Shown: piece by piece, positions 11,145 to 21,704 of the stretch
How the letters are laid out: each line of letters starts with the position of its first letter
Numbering within the stretch: the stretch's first letter is position 1
Origin: Octopus bimaculoides
Lineage: Eukaryota
Assembly: GCF_001194135.2 (NCBI RefSeq)
Contig: NC_069004.1
Coordinates: 15,881,450-15,915,918, forward strand
DNA length: 34,469 nt
Direction of reading: 5' to 3'
Made by a program: the position numbers and the translations under genes
The notes under the pieces: generated by a model
The model's database searches: none
Told to the model about the DNA's origin: nothing
Seen by the model: only the letters and a program-made list of their open reading frames with translations

Positions 11145-12600
11145 ATGGAAGACTTATTAACTTCCATAGTACAGTTGCAAAAGCAAAAACAAGAGCAGCA
11201 ACAGAAGTTGCAGAAGCAACTATCGCAGTAGTAACTACAACAGCAATTATTGGAGCCATATTCAAACAAGTCCAAAAATGAGGTAAGTTCGTTGAATTCG
11301 ATTCATGAATTCAGTTAAACCCAGAGGAGGGTATAACTTTTGCATCGTACAACAGAAGGTAGGAGGAGAGTTTTAATCAAGATTGCAACTCATGGTCGGA
11401 CAAACAAAATGTGAAGTTGTTTTTGCGAAAATTAGCTCCGTTAGAGCATGAACGTTACTGTAATTTCATATTGCCCAAACTACCCAATGAAATTTGTTTT
11501 AAAGAAACAATAGAATACTGTCTAACATATTCGGGGATAAAACTTCTCTATTTAACACTCGAATGGTGTGTTGGAATATAACGAAAAAAGAGAATGATGA
11601 TTTTATCACATACACAGGAACAATCAACAGGACGTGTGGAAGTTTTACATTCAAAGAACTTACACCTGAGATGTTCAAGTGTCTTATTTTCGTACAAGGC
11701 TTTACAGCAAGCGAAGATACAGAAATTCGGGCAAGAATTATTTCTGAATTGGAACAACCGACCCAAGGTCCGTGGCAGTAGAATGCCAAAGGATGGTAAA
11801 CCTGAAACACGATGAAAAAAAAATTCAAGAAAGAGTTAAAGAGAAAAGTTTTTAAAATGTTTTCGCAAGTATTCTCGGACAGACTAGGTGTATGCACAAA
11901 GACTAAGAACCCACGGTCCAGGATACATATCGACTACGCTGGATCGGTGAACGGCGCATACTATCTAATTGTTGTGGATACTATACAAAGTGACCAGAGG
12001 TATGTAGATGTAATAAACCCACAGCAAATACGACAATAAAGTTACTAGTCGAGTTATTTGTTCGATACGGTATTCCAGACACACCAGTTTCAGATATGCC
12101 GACCGGAAAAGTACCACCAAAAACGAGCGCCACATCCTAATCCATGTTATGGATGTGGTGGCATACTTTTCAGAAAGGACTGTCCGTTTACAAATCAAAA
12201 ATGTAACAGTTGCAAAAGAATTGGTCACAAGAGTTCACATTGCAGAACAAAATTACGAAGGTCAGACGTTAAAAACCCTAGAGTGCTCTCAGTAGAAACA
12301 AAAATCAACACCCGAATAAGAAAATTCGTAAACGTAAAAATAAATGGAATACATATCAAATTTCAAATAGATACTGGAAGTTACATTTCAATAGTAAATA
12401 TAGACACATAGAAGAAAATAGGGAAACTTATGTTGCGAAAAACAGCAAAATTTGCTCGTAGTATGACTGGCGAGAAATTATATTTCATAGGCGAAAGGTG
12501 GACTAATATCACATTCCGAAGGAAAAGATGCAAGGCGAAAGTCTTCGTCATTAAAAATGCAACCGACCTGGTTGGTACCGATTGATTAGAATTATTCGAT
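11145..12600 (+). pseudogene. Element B gag, CCHC knuckle and aspartic protease (disrupted)
   Basis: LAPLEHERYCNFILPKLPNEICFKETIE; GSFTFKELTPEMFKCLIFVQG; CNSCKRIGHKSSHC; IKFQIDTGSYISIV. Confidence 0.9.
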
Positions 12601-12656
12601 TTATGGAACCTCCCCATAAATCCCTAATGGTTGTCCCTCTAAAAATAATTCGTCTG

Positions 12657-13500
12657 AAGAGTTAAAGAGAAAAGTTTTAAAAATGTTTTCGCAAGTATTC
12701 TCGGACAGACTAGGTGTATGCACAAAGACTAAGAACCCACGGTCCAGGATACATATCGACTACGCTGGATCGGTGAACGGCGCATACTATCTAATTGTTG
12801 TGGATACTATACAAAGTGACCAGAGGTATGCAGATGTAATAAACCCACAGCAAATACGACAATAAAGTTACTAGTCGAGTTATTTGTTCGATACGGTATT
12901 CCAGACACACCAGTTTCAGATAGTGGAACACAATTCACGGGATATCAATTAAGAAATTTCTGCAAAATACATGCCATAGAGTACATCTTTATCCCTCCAT
13001 ACCACCCGAGTTCAAATGGACAGGCGGAAAGATTTGTAGACACGTTGAAAAGAGCTCTAAGAAAAGCTAGGAACGAGCTAGATAATGACGAGGCACCAAC
13101 GAGATTTTTGAGAGTATATGGAATAACGTGAAACCCAAATACTAATTCAGGAAAGTCACCAGCAAATTTAATGTTCGCGCGTTAAAGAAAATCGATCTTC
13201 CATAAATTATTGCCAGGAAAAAGTACATGTAATGGAAAGACAAAAGATACTTTCGTAGGAAATACAAGAAAAATTACAAAACCTTTCGAAGTAGGAGATA
13301 AAGTTCATTTTAAAAATTACAAAAATGGTAAAGAAAATTGGGAGGATAGCGATGTAATCAAAAGATTAGGTGATATGATGTATTTAACTAAAGGACATCG
13401 TTCGGAACATAAGAGACCCCTCAACTAGTTAAAGACGAGACATACAGAAGAACGAAAGGTAATACAAATGGAAGTCTTCTATGATATATGTTTGAAGTGC
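12657..13500 (+). pseudogene. Element B: RT N-terminal stub fused to integrase core and C-terminal tail
   Basis: FSDRLGVCTKTK joined directly to NPRSRIHIDYAGSVNGAYYLIVVD; then SDSGTQFTG, PPYHPSSNGQAERFVDTLKRAL, FEVGDKVHFKNY. Confidence 0.9.
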
Positions 13501-13803
13501 CAGCACCGAGAGATAGTGAACCCGTAGAACTAGCTTCAGAAAACGAAAACAGACTGAATATCTGGAAGTAATACCTAAATGAAAAAGATATTAAACTTTT
13601 TTTTTTAAAAAGACAAGAGTGCTAACAAGAGTGCTTAGTACAACGCAAAGAAAAAGTGCTGCAACGAACAATACTATCTTAAAAGTCGGGTGACAATTAA
13701 GATACAACAGCGGAAGAAAAAATAAGAGGGAGAGGTGCCGGAAAGAAAAAAAAAGAAAAGAAATTCCACTTTCTTACAGTAATCAAAATCTCAAAAGGGG
13801 AGA

Positions 13804-14028
13804 TGTTGTGATGAGAGTTACGACACCCCTTGCGAGAGATAGACTTGTCCGAGTAAAGTATAAATAGTAACGATCCGAGTGAGTGTATAAGTTCAGAATT
13901 CGTGTTAGTTCGCAGTGAAGTCGGAAGGTTAGTTCACAAGGAATACTGATTGTTGTTTCATGAACAGATTTGTTAATTCGTTACATTGTTTTACTATTGT
14001 CTGGTTATCTTATTTATTGTACGCAACA
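13804..14028 (+). repeat. 3' LTR of element B
   Basis: TGTTG...CAACA (5-bp terminal inverted repeat) directly after the polypurine tract. Confidence 0.92.
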
Positions 14029-14390
14029 AAGTAAGTTACAACAGTAAGAAAAGAAAAATTGCAAATGATAATACAGCAAGATATTTTTAAATTGGTGAAA
14101 ATATATTTGTTAGAGTATATAAGAACGGAAAACAAAGTTGGGAGTACGGCGCGATTGCCAATCGCATAGGAAAAATGCTATACTTAGTAAAAGGAAGAAA
14201 ATGGGTATACAAGAGACACATAAATCAACTAAAAAAAAGATTCGTCGAGAGCGAACCCAAGAAAATGGAGTGCTTAGTACAACGCAAAGAAAAATGGAAT
14301 GGTTGTATGATACTTTTCAAGTACCTACGCCACTACAAATAATTGAGCCCAGACGTACAAGCGATCAAAAAAGAAAATTACGGAGTTCCT
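14029..14390 (+). pseudogene. Element A integrase C-terminal tail (continuation past nested element B)
   Basis: GENIFVRVYKNGKQSWEYGAIANRIGKMLYLVKGRKWVYKRHINQLKKRF, homologous to the tail of element B (GDKVHFKNYKNGKENW...HKRPLN). Confidence 0.85.
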
Positions 14391-14522
14391 GAAAGTGGAT
14401 GCAAAACGAAAAAAAAAAAATATTTGAATTGTAACTGTATGAAGAAAAAACTCAAAAAAGGGAGGTTGTTAATAAAAAGAAATAAAATTACACTCCCTAA
14501 AGAAAAAACTTAAAAGAAGAGA

Positions 14523-14694
14523 TGTTATGAGGATAATAATAATGGAATACCCCTCCCACGTGACGAGGGGTATGTGGCAGTCGCTACAAACATTGCGACG
14601 TAGGAAGTCGAGTTGTCCTGAAGTCAGCGAAGTTGGTCATAGAGAGTCGTGTCTTGTCTAACTATACTGCTATACCGGAGTGAACGTTATAACA
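14523..14694 (+). repeat. Probable 3' LTR of element A (172 bp)
   Basis: Purine tract AAAAGAAGAGA then TGTTAT...ATAACA (6-bp terminal inverted repeat); unrelated PLE RT sequence starts immediately after; no 5' partner visible. Confidence 0.7.
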
Positions 14695-15690
14695 GTCTGA
14701 CGTTGGATTACAACAGTGATATAGATTTTTATTTAAGTTCAGAGTAACGTCTAAGAAATTGGTCACCTTAGTGTCATTTTCGAATGAGATACTCGGGGTT
14801 ATAGTTTTTAAACATTTTGTTTAGGGCTTTCTTGGTGCGTTCCACAGACGGTCGAGACAATCCACTTGATGTAAGGAGTGCATCATTCCTGTAGAGTCTT
14901 ATGGAGAGGTGAGGGAAGTATTGTTTAATTTAGGAAAGAAAGAACAGGCCAACTAAGTCAGTAACCTGGGCTGATTCAGATGAGCTCATGATTATATCGA
15001 AGAAATCGGTAGATGAGTTGCGGGTCTAGTTTTTATCCTTAAAGTGAATTGGAGTATTCCTAGCAGCCAGGATAATATCAATATCAGATTGAGATATAGG
15101 TGCATACTTTCAAGTGAAGATTAAAGCTTTATTTAAGAGAATTGGTGATATTGAAAAATGATAATGTCAGATGTCAAACTGAAGGAAATGGGTGTGCTGT
15201 TTATCAGGAAGGGAATGAAACCAGGTGATGATGTCACCAGTACAATTCCAGAGCGGAAGCGAAACGTTAGTACTAACTAGGGGTAGAATACGGTCAATAA
15301 TGCATTTACTAATTCGACCCAAGTTTGATTTAGTGGAGCAGATCAGTCTAATAGAAAAGCGAAGTGGAGAAGTTGGGTTTGTGATCTTTCAGGGTGAAGT
15401 GTGTATGTGGGGGTTTAGGTGTGTATGGTTCAGTTCTATTTAGTAAATTTAGATCAGCAATGAGCTTACAGTGGATGTTATTAATGCGTTTAGTTCCTTA
15501 GATATGAATTTGGTGTACGTTTCTAAGGGGAGGGAGTAAAGAGATCCAGTTTTGTCCGAAAAGACGTGCAGGTGTGGTGAACCCCTTATTTTAGATATAA
15601 TTTTGGATAGATCCTTCTGGAAAGAATTAGTATTATTAGAGAATTTCATGTTTTTTATCATACGTAGATAAAGTTATAAAAAAGTGTTCT
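14695..15690 (-). pseudogene. Penelope-like reverse transcriptase (disrupted), truncated by the LTR of element A
   Basis: Minus strand: FSDKTGSLYSL..ETYTK; HFTLKDHKPNF; IRLICSTKSNLGRISK; WFHSLPDKQHTHFLQFDI; FFDIIMSSSESAQVTDLVGL; RLYRND (YRDD-like); VTNFLDVTLNL. Confidence 0.9.
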
Positions 15691-15917
15691 CAGCACTACT
15701 ACAATATAAGATTAATATCCTCATTGAGTGGGGAAAATAGGCTACCTGTGGAACTCGAACCTACATCATCCCTAAACATCTTTTGAAAGAATTATTTCTC
15801 TTCCACACAAAAGATCTGATGATGTTACAATCCTCTGTAGCAGATGTATTACTCCGAAACAAATCGAAATATGCATCAAGTGTGTTACATTATTTGACTA
15901 CCTCAAAGCATTGGATT

Positions 15918-16076
15918 GACAAAATCATTTGAGCGTCGGACGAAAAATATTTTGCTGTAATTCTTCCAGCTTTTTATGTACTCAATTCAAATCCTGCCGA
16001 GGCCAGCTTCCCTTTCATTTTTTTCGGGATCTATAAAATAAAGTACCAGTCGCATACTGAGGTTGATGTAATCGAT
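15918..16076 (+). mobile_element. Degenerate SINE, second family
   Basis: ttcaaatcctgccgagg..ctttcat..tcgggatc.ataaaataaagtaccagt..actgaggttgatgtaatcgat resembles a recalled octopus tRNA-derived SINE; B-box-like TTCAAATCC. Confidence 0.5.
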
Positions 16077-16436
16077 AAGGCTTTCTTTGTGAGTAAATTA
16101 GAAACAGTTATTAGATTCTTTTGTACGGGGAGATCGCCGTTGCCAACCAATTGCAACTTTCATGTGTATGTAAAGTCTGTCTATATTTATTACTCTGATC
16201 ACTGGCAATGCTCTATTGTGGCTTTAACAGAATAACTTGTGACTCATTTATGCTCGAGTGCATTAAGTTATTGGTGATTGGTTTAGTGGAATGAAGAGTT
16301 AGATGAAGTGTGAAGAACATAAGGCTACTCTGACTAGCATGTCTCTATCGCATCTATCACATATACACACTGTATAACCACCATCTCGTATACAATGCTC
16401 TCACCACTACTACAATACATTATCACATTTCATTAA

Positions 16437-16520
16437 CACCACCACCACCACCACCACACAACCACCAGCAGTACCACCATCACCACCACACAACCACCAG
16501 CTGTACCACCACCACCACAA

Positions 16521-16554
<34 letters not shown>

Positions 16555-16555
16555 A
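16437..16555. repeat. (ACC)n/(ACT)n trinucleotide repeat
   Basis: Direct read. Confidence 0.9.
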
Positions 16556-17449
16556 TCCCCTTTACACTACGCCATCATTAACACTGTACTGCACCGTCAG
16601 CATCACTATGATTCCAACATTATCACCAGACCCAGATTAATTATTAAACTATATAACCATCTGCTTAAGGCAACAAGGGTGGAGTATCACAGCTTTACCG
16701 TGGTACAAATGATTAATTATAACAGTTGAAAAACAACAACAACAAAAAATGCGCATTTTCTCCAGTTGCCATGGTTATATTTAAATAGTTTACTTATATC
16801 ACTTACAGCTATTTAGTGGCAAGTAAATAAAATTTTAAAAAATAGATTATATTAAAAATATAGTTGTAGGCCTGGAGTGTTCGTGGGATAAGAAAAAGTA
16901 ACTAAAATGGATATTTAATCTGTTATTTCACTTTCTGAATGAGTTGTCAGACAATGGAAAGGACATCGGTAGCATTAATTAGGCTCTGACCGCCACCGCT
17001 ACCACCAACAACAACACCATACCATCATTATCACTACACTAAGCCCTCGCCATCACCACTACCACTATACTATCACTATCTGTACTAAAAGATAGCTATC
17101 TCCTTCACACTATACTACACCACTACCACTATACTGAACGTGACATATTCATAGTTGAGAGGAGAGGACATATTTGTCTATGGGCGAGGCGAGGGCAGTG
17201 GGAAACATACTGCAGCTATATTGAAAGGGGAATAAGTGGTGGTGATGGTGATGGTGGTGGTACTGCTGCTGGTGGTAAGCGTATTAATAGTTTCAGTGAT
17301 GTCAGTTGTGGTATCGTCAGTGATGGTTCTAATAGTAGTGGTGATGTTTGGCATGGTTGTAAGTGGTTGTGATGCTGGATTGCAGGTCTATCCTTGTGCA
17401 CAAGAGAAAGAGGTAAAACATTATCCTAGAACCAACTTTGACGGACCCA

Positions 17450-17680
17450 CTATCTAGACAGTGGTGACCTTTAATGAAACTAGTGTTGTGAGGATGTCAG
17501 TAAGTCTCCATTTCAACAACGTTCCGAACGTAGAAGTCCATGGAATATAAACCTGGCGAGTTTGGAAGAAGCCACAGATTTGGTATTAAATGATCATAAA
17601 GATTTGTCTGACATCCTTTCATAGGTTACGTGGGTTTTGTGGGAAGGTGCCGAGTCTTCTTGAAACACGTCTGGCCCACC
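17450..17680 (-). pseudogene. Tc1/mariner DD37D (maT) transposase C-terminal fragment
   Basis: GGPDVFQEDSAPSHKTHVT..DHLIPNLWLLPNSPGLYSMDFYVRNVVE; spacing from QDSA-type D to final D fits ~37 residues. Confidence 0.8.
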
Positions 17681-18203
17681 GATAGTGCTGGGTAACTCTG
17701 AAGGTGGACGAGCTTTATACTGTACTCTACTACGCTCCTGACGGAATATAACAAAACTATATATATATATACATACATATATACATACATGCAGATATAT
17801 ATAGAGAGAGAGGGAGAGGGGGAGGGGGAGAGAGAATGATTCAAATAAACAGATAAAACTTGGGGTTTTAATGTACAAAATATATATACATGTATACATG
17901 CAAAAAGAGAAGCCAGACTTAACATTTTCAGATGATAAACAATCAAGTATGAAAATATATGTGTGTTTTTATAGAGCAAACTTACTCAGATCACATAGAC
18001 TCAAAGAATAAGAGCGGAGAAGGCATTACAACTCCAACAGCTGTTTCTGGGGCTCGGAATTACTTCATAATATTGAATACCACCGAAGTCGATTTGTGCT
18101 AAAGTCAGAAACCATTATCATTATTCGTTGTAGCTGGTGAGAGCATCTACGATTTGTTGCAGTTAATAACGGGATTTTTAGCTGATCAGTAATATATATA
18201 TAC

Positions 18204-18211
<8 letters not shown>

Positions 18212-18278
<67 letters not shown>
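18212..18278. repeat. (TG)n microsatellite abutting PLE
   Basis: Direct read. Confidence 0.9.
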
Positions 18279-18282
<4 letters not shown>

Positions 18283-18302
18283 AATTTAATTATCCATAAA
18301 CT

Positions 18303-18350
18303 GATATAATAATAATATTTCGGAATACAAAAGTTCCTTCTTCAGATATT
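18303..18350 (-). ncRNA. Minimal hammerhead ribozyme motif, inverted arm
   Basis: Minus strand AATAT-CTGAAGA-A-GGAA cttttgta TTCC-GAAA-tattattatt-ATATC. Confidence 0.65.
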
Positions 18351-18528
18351 GCTAGGAATTGATCGAGTCACTGGTATAATCGGTTTTCCAACGGTTACTG
18401 AATTTTTTTCCGGAAGCGTCTCTGCAGTGGTCTCACGAAGCTCTTTCTGGAATTCCTCATGAGAAGTGCGTGAGGGCGGCCATGTCTCAAGCTCGTGTGT
18501 GTTGGCACACCGCAGCGCTGCTTCTAAG

Positions 18529-18958
18529 AGCCATAAGAAGAGAAGGATTAGACATACAACTAGCCCACTCCGGCTCCTCTCTGAGAAGACACCTAGCAAA
18601 GAAACGAGCAAGAGACAGCAATCAATGCACACAAGCTAACTGTCCCATACGTGACACAGATTTATGCCAACGGGTAAATGCTGTGTATAGAATACAATGT
18701 ACCAAATGCAACAAGTTCTATGTGGGTAGCACCATAAAACCGTCACACATTTGCATCAAAGAACATCTGAAGACGAGAGCCTTCTCCTTCAGAAAACATC
18801 TAGACAGATGCCGGAACACCGATAAAAGCATAACAGTCACAAATGAGACCAATGAAAGAAATTTGGGTAATCTAAGAATTAAGGAAGCTTTCCTCATAGA
18901 CAGCCTAGAACCCCAAATTAACAACAGGCTGGAAGTTGGCAATCAGTATATTATTTAG
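18529..18958 (+). pseudogene. PLE GIY-YIG endonuclease, open frame to stop
   Basis: RREGLDIQLAHSGSSLRRHL..CTQANCPI..LCQRVNAVYRIQCTKCNKFYVGST..IKEHL..KHLDRC..LRIKEAFLIDSLEPQINNR; VY/YVG, E..H, EA and N motifs present. Confidence 0.9.
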
Positions 18959-19232
18959 CTACATTTGGGTGCGTGTAGTTTCATTTTTGATAACATATTC
19001 ATGTATTATATAAAAAAAAAAGAAAAAAAAGAAACTGTATATATAATACATAACTTAGAAGCAGCGTTGCGGTGTGCCAACACATACGAGCTTGAGTCAT
19101 GGCCGCCCTCACACACTTCTAATGACAAATTCCGGGAAGAGCTTCGTGAGACCACCGCAGAGACCCTTCCGGAAAAAAAATTCAATAACCGTTGGAAAAC
19201 CGATTATACCAGTGACTCGATCAATTCCTAGC

Positions 19233-19277
19233 GATATCTGAAGAAGGAACTTTTGTATTCCGAAATATTATTATATC
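19233..19277 (+). ncRNA. Minimal type I hammerhead ribozyme motif
   Basis: GATAT-CTGAAGA-A-GGAA cttttgta TTCC-GAAA-t att a-TT-ATATC: 5-bp stem I, core with one extra A before stem II, 2-bp stem III overlapping palindrome AATATT, AUU triplet. Confidence 0.7.
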
Positions 19278-19390
19278 AGACTATGGATAATTAAATTATA
19301 ACAGTTATTATAGTCCACTCTGCATTGTTGTGCCATTCAAGAACGTTATATGTTACAAACAATACACAATGCTTCAAGCGAACTACAATA

Positions 19391-19394
<4 letters not shown>

Positions 19395-19431
<37 letters not shown>
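19395..19431. repeat. (TA)n microsatellite
   Basis: Direct read; PLE fragment begins right after it. Confidence 0.9.
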
Positions 19432-19434
<3 letters not shown>

Positions 19435-20100
19435 CTCACCTACCATCCTCACTACCCTCCATCCCTCGAGCCTTCTGGCAACTCCACTCCGACCCCTCCA
19501 CTTCGCACATCTTCCCTAACTGAGCCCTCTCCCCTTCAAACGAGCCAACAACCTACGTGACCTCCTGGTCTACAGTTTCTTCCCTAACCCAACCTCCCAA
19601 CCTGGCTCCTTCCCCTGCTCCTGCCCACGCTGCCGCACTTGCCCTTACCTCTCCAACACCATCATCCTCACCGGTACCCATCATCGACCCTATCATATCA
19701 CTGACTCCTTCACCTGCACTTCTTGCAACGTTATCTAATGCATCTCCTGCTCTCTCTGTCCTTCTCTGTACATCGGTCAAACGGGACACCGTTTGGCTGA
19801 CCGGTTCGCGGAACACCTACGAGACATCATACTCGGCAACGACACCCCGGTCTCGCGCCATTTCCGCTCTACCGGTCACTCTTTACAACACCTGTCTGTG
19901 TTCGGAATGTACTTGCACTGGGGCCATCCGGACTCCCGTCTTCGCCGTGAACAGAAATTAATCTTCTCTCTTCGCTCCTTTGAGCCACATGGGCTCAACT
20001 CTCCTCCCCCTCTTCATCTAATTCCTCCTCTCTCCTCTCTTCCTCTCACACCTATTTCCTCCCTTCCCTTCTTCACTTTTAAAAGCTTTAAGCACAAGAA
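19432..20100 (+). mobile_element. Neptune-type PLE 3' fragment: linker, Cys-rich region, GIY-YIG and pyrimidine-rich tail
   Basis: LTYHP; FKRANNLRDLLV; PGSFPCSCPRCRTCPY; FTCTSCNVI*CISCSLCPSLYIGQTGHRLADRFAEHLRDI..PVSRHF..GHS..RREQKLIFSLRSFEPHGLN; one TAA at 19736. Confidence 0.9.
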
Positions 20101-21157
20101 AATCCATCTGCTGCCTCGCAGATTATCCTTATTCAGGCAATAGGCTAAAGGAGTCAACTTTAAAAGAAAATCAGGAATGGAGACTCTGCCGGCAGTAGGT
20201 CGGTTATGTCTTATTCTGGCAGCTCCTGCATTCGGCACTTCTTTGTTGTCTTGGTTCTCTCTTGCTACTGGATATCAGAAGAGCGTGCAATTTTACCTCA
20301 CCTTAAAAATCTTGCGCAAATCTGGGGCTTTACATAGTTGGAAGTTATTGGCTTAATTATTAACCCCGGGGCCCACAAAGAGTAAAACTGCTAATCTGGT
20401 CGTCTTCGGAGATATTAAGGATGAACTTGTGACTTTTAGAGTGTCGAAGAGTTAGCTACACAACACTATTGAACAATATCGTTTGAATCATTTGGCTTTG
20501 GTTTGTTTTTGGACAGGCGTACACAAATGCAGTTCTATTTAGACCAAACGTTAATAAGATTATCAACATATTCAGCTTTAGAAAGAAGAGGAAATAGCTT
20601 TTTGTGTGTATTCCTTGATATGATAATGAAGTGTAAATTTGAAAAGCGTAATCACATATATTACATTCATAATTTTTATTATTATAGCGTGTGTTCATAC
20701 ATATCTATAACCCAAACACCCTTACATATACTTTTATATACATACACTTATACCTATTCATATTATAGCCCATTCATATATAAGCATACCAAACATATAT
20801 ATAAATTTACAAGTGTAAGTATATCAACTCCTTTACGTTTTAAACGTATTATCTACACTCCCAAAAGTCCATATGCACATCTACATATGTATGCCAAACC
20901 ATGCTGTTATTTAAAAATATATCACTACGAAGAGATAAAAATTGGTTAAATATTTATGAGCGGGGAAGCGTGATGCTCGTCGCACAGTAGTTAGAAAGTG
21001 AGGAGAAGGTGTGTATGGAGATGGTTGGATGGATGGGAGAAGTAGCTACATATGGCGCGGGGTTACTAATTAATGTTGGAAGTTAGGTGTGTATGTAAGA
21101 ACATAGTTATGAATAGGTAGAAAGAGACTTGTAGTCCGGATGTGTCGATGGACACAT

Positions 21158-21234
21158 GTACGAATGGTACGAATGGTACGAACGTACGAATGGTACGATG
21201 TACGAATGGTACGATGTACGAATGGTACGAATGG
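21158..21234 (+). repeat. GTACGAATG-type 7-9 bp minisatellite
   Basis: Direct read, about 9 units. Confidence 0.9.
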
Positions 21235-21548
21235 ATGTCGTGTTAGTTATGCTTGGAAATCTTTAGAAAGTGGGGCAGAAAGGTAAAAAATGCTCTAAAG
21301 CTTTGGACATATAAGTTGTGATATAAAGTCGAGGAACAAATACATTCGAGAATATGAACAAATGTGTTTATGAAGAAATATGGGTCGGTATGATATATTT
21401 CAAATAACTTAAAATATTGAACCTACATGAATAATAATATAAAATTACTAACAGTAAAATAATTTATAAATGTAAAATGTTAAATATCTAATATGGAATA
21501 TTAAATATAGTACAATGATACCCGAACGATGGACTAAAATAAGGTGCC

Positions 21549-21636
21549 GGCGTGGCTGTCTGGTTAGAAGTTTGCTTCCCAAACGCATCGTTCCGGGTTT
21601 ACTCTCACAGCGTGACACAGTGGGCAAGTGTTCTTT
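21549..21636 (+). mobile_element. Degenerate SINE 5' fragment (31141 family)
   Basis: ggcgtggctgtctggttagaagtttgcttccc...ttccgggtt...tgggcaagtgtt. Confidence 0.7.
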
Positions 21637-21670
21637 CCGATGTGTGTCGTGTGCGTGCGCACGTACATAC

Positions 21671-21704
<34 letters not shown>

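Larger units (their letters stand above)
10864..14028 (+). mobile_element. Ty3/Gypsy element B (Mag/K02A2.6-like), two LTRs, RT/RNase H deleted, nested in the integrase of element A
   Basis: LTRs 10864-11074 and 13804-14028; decayed PBS; gag, CCHC knuckle, DTG protease, integrase; PPT AAAAGGGGAGA 13793-13803; element A frame ...DKLLPG resumes after 14028. Confidence 0.92.
18278..19302 (+). mobile_element. 5'-truncated PLE with inverted terminal arms (18278-18528 minus; 19054-19302 plus) around a GIY-YIG endonuclease
   Basis: Arms are reverse complements (~17 differences in ~250 bp by eye); both contain a hammerhead core; spacer encodes the EN. Confidence 0.88.

Noticed and set aside
15745-15772. 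Minus-strand B-box-like GGTTCGAGTTCC
   Set aside because: No cloverleaf or A-box context; probably a SINE relic, too short to call.
17216-17457. Hydrophobic Val-rich ORF resembling a membrane peptide
   Set aside because: Translation of a degenerate (GGT/GAT)n trinucleotide repeat.
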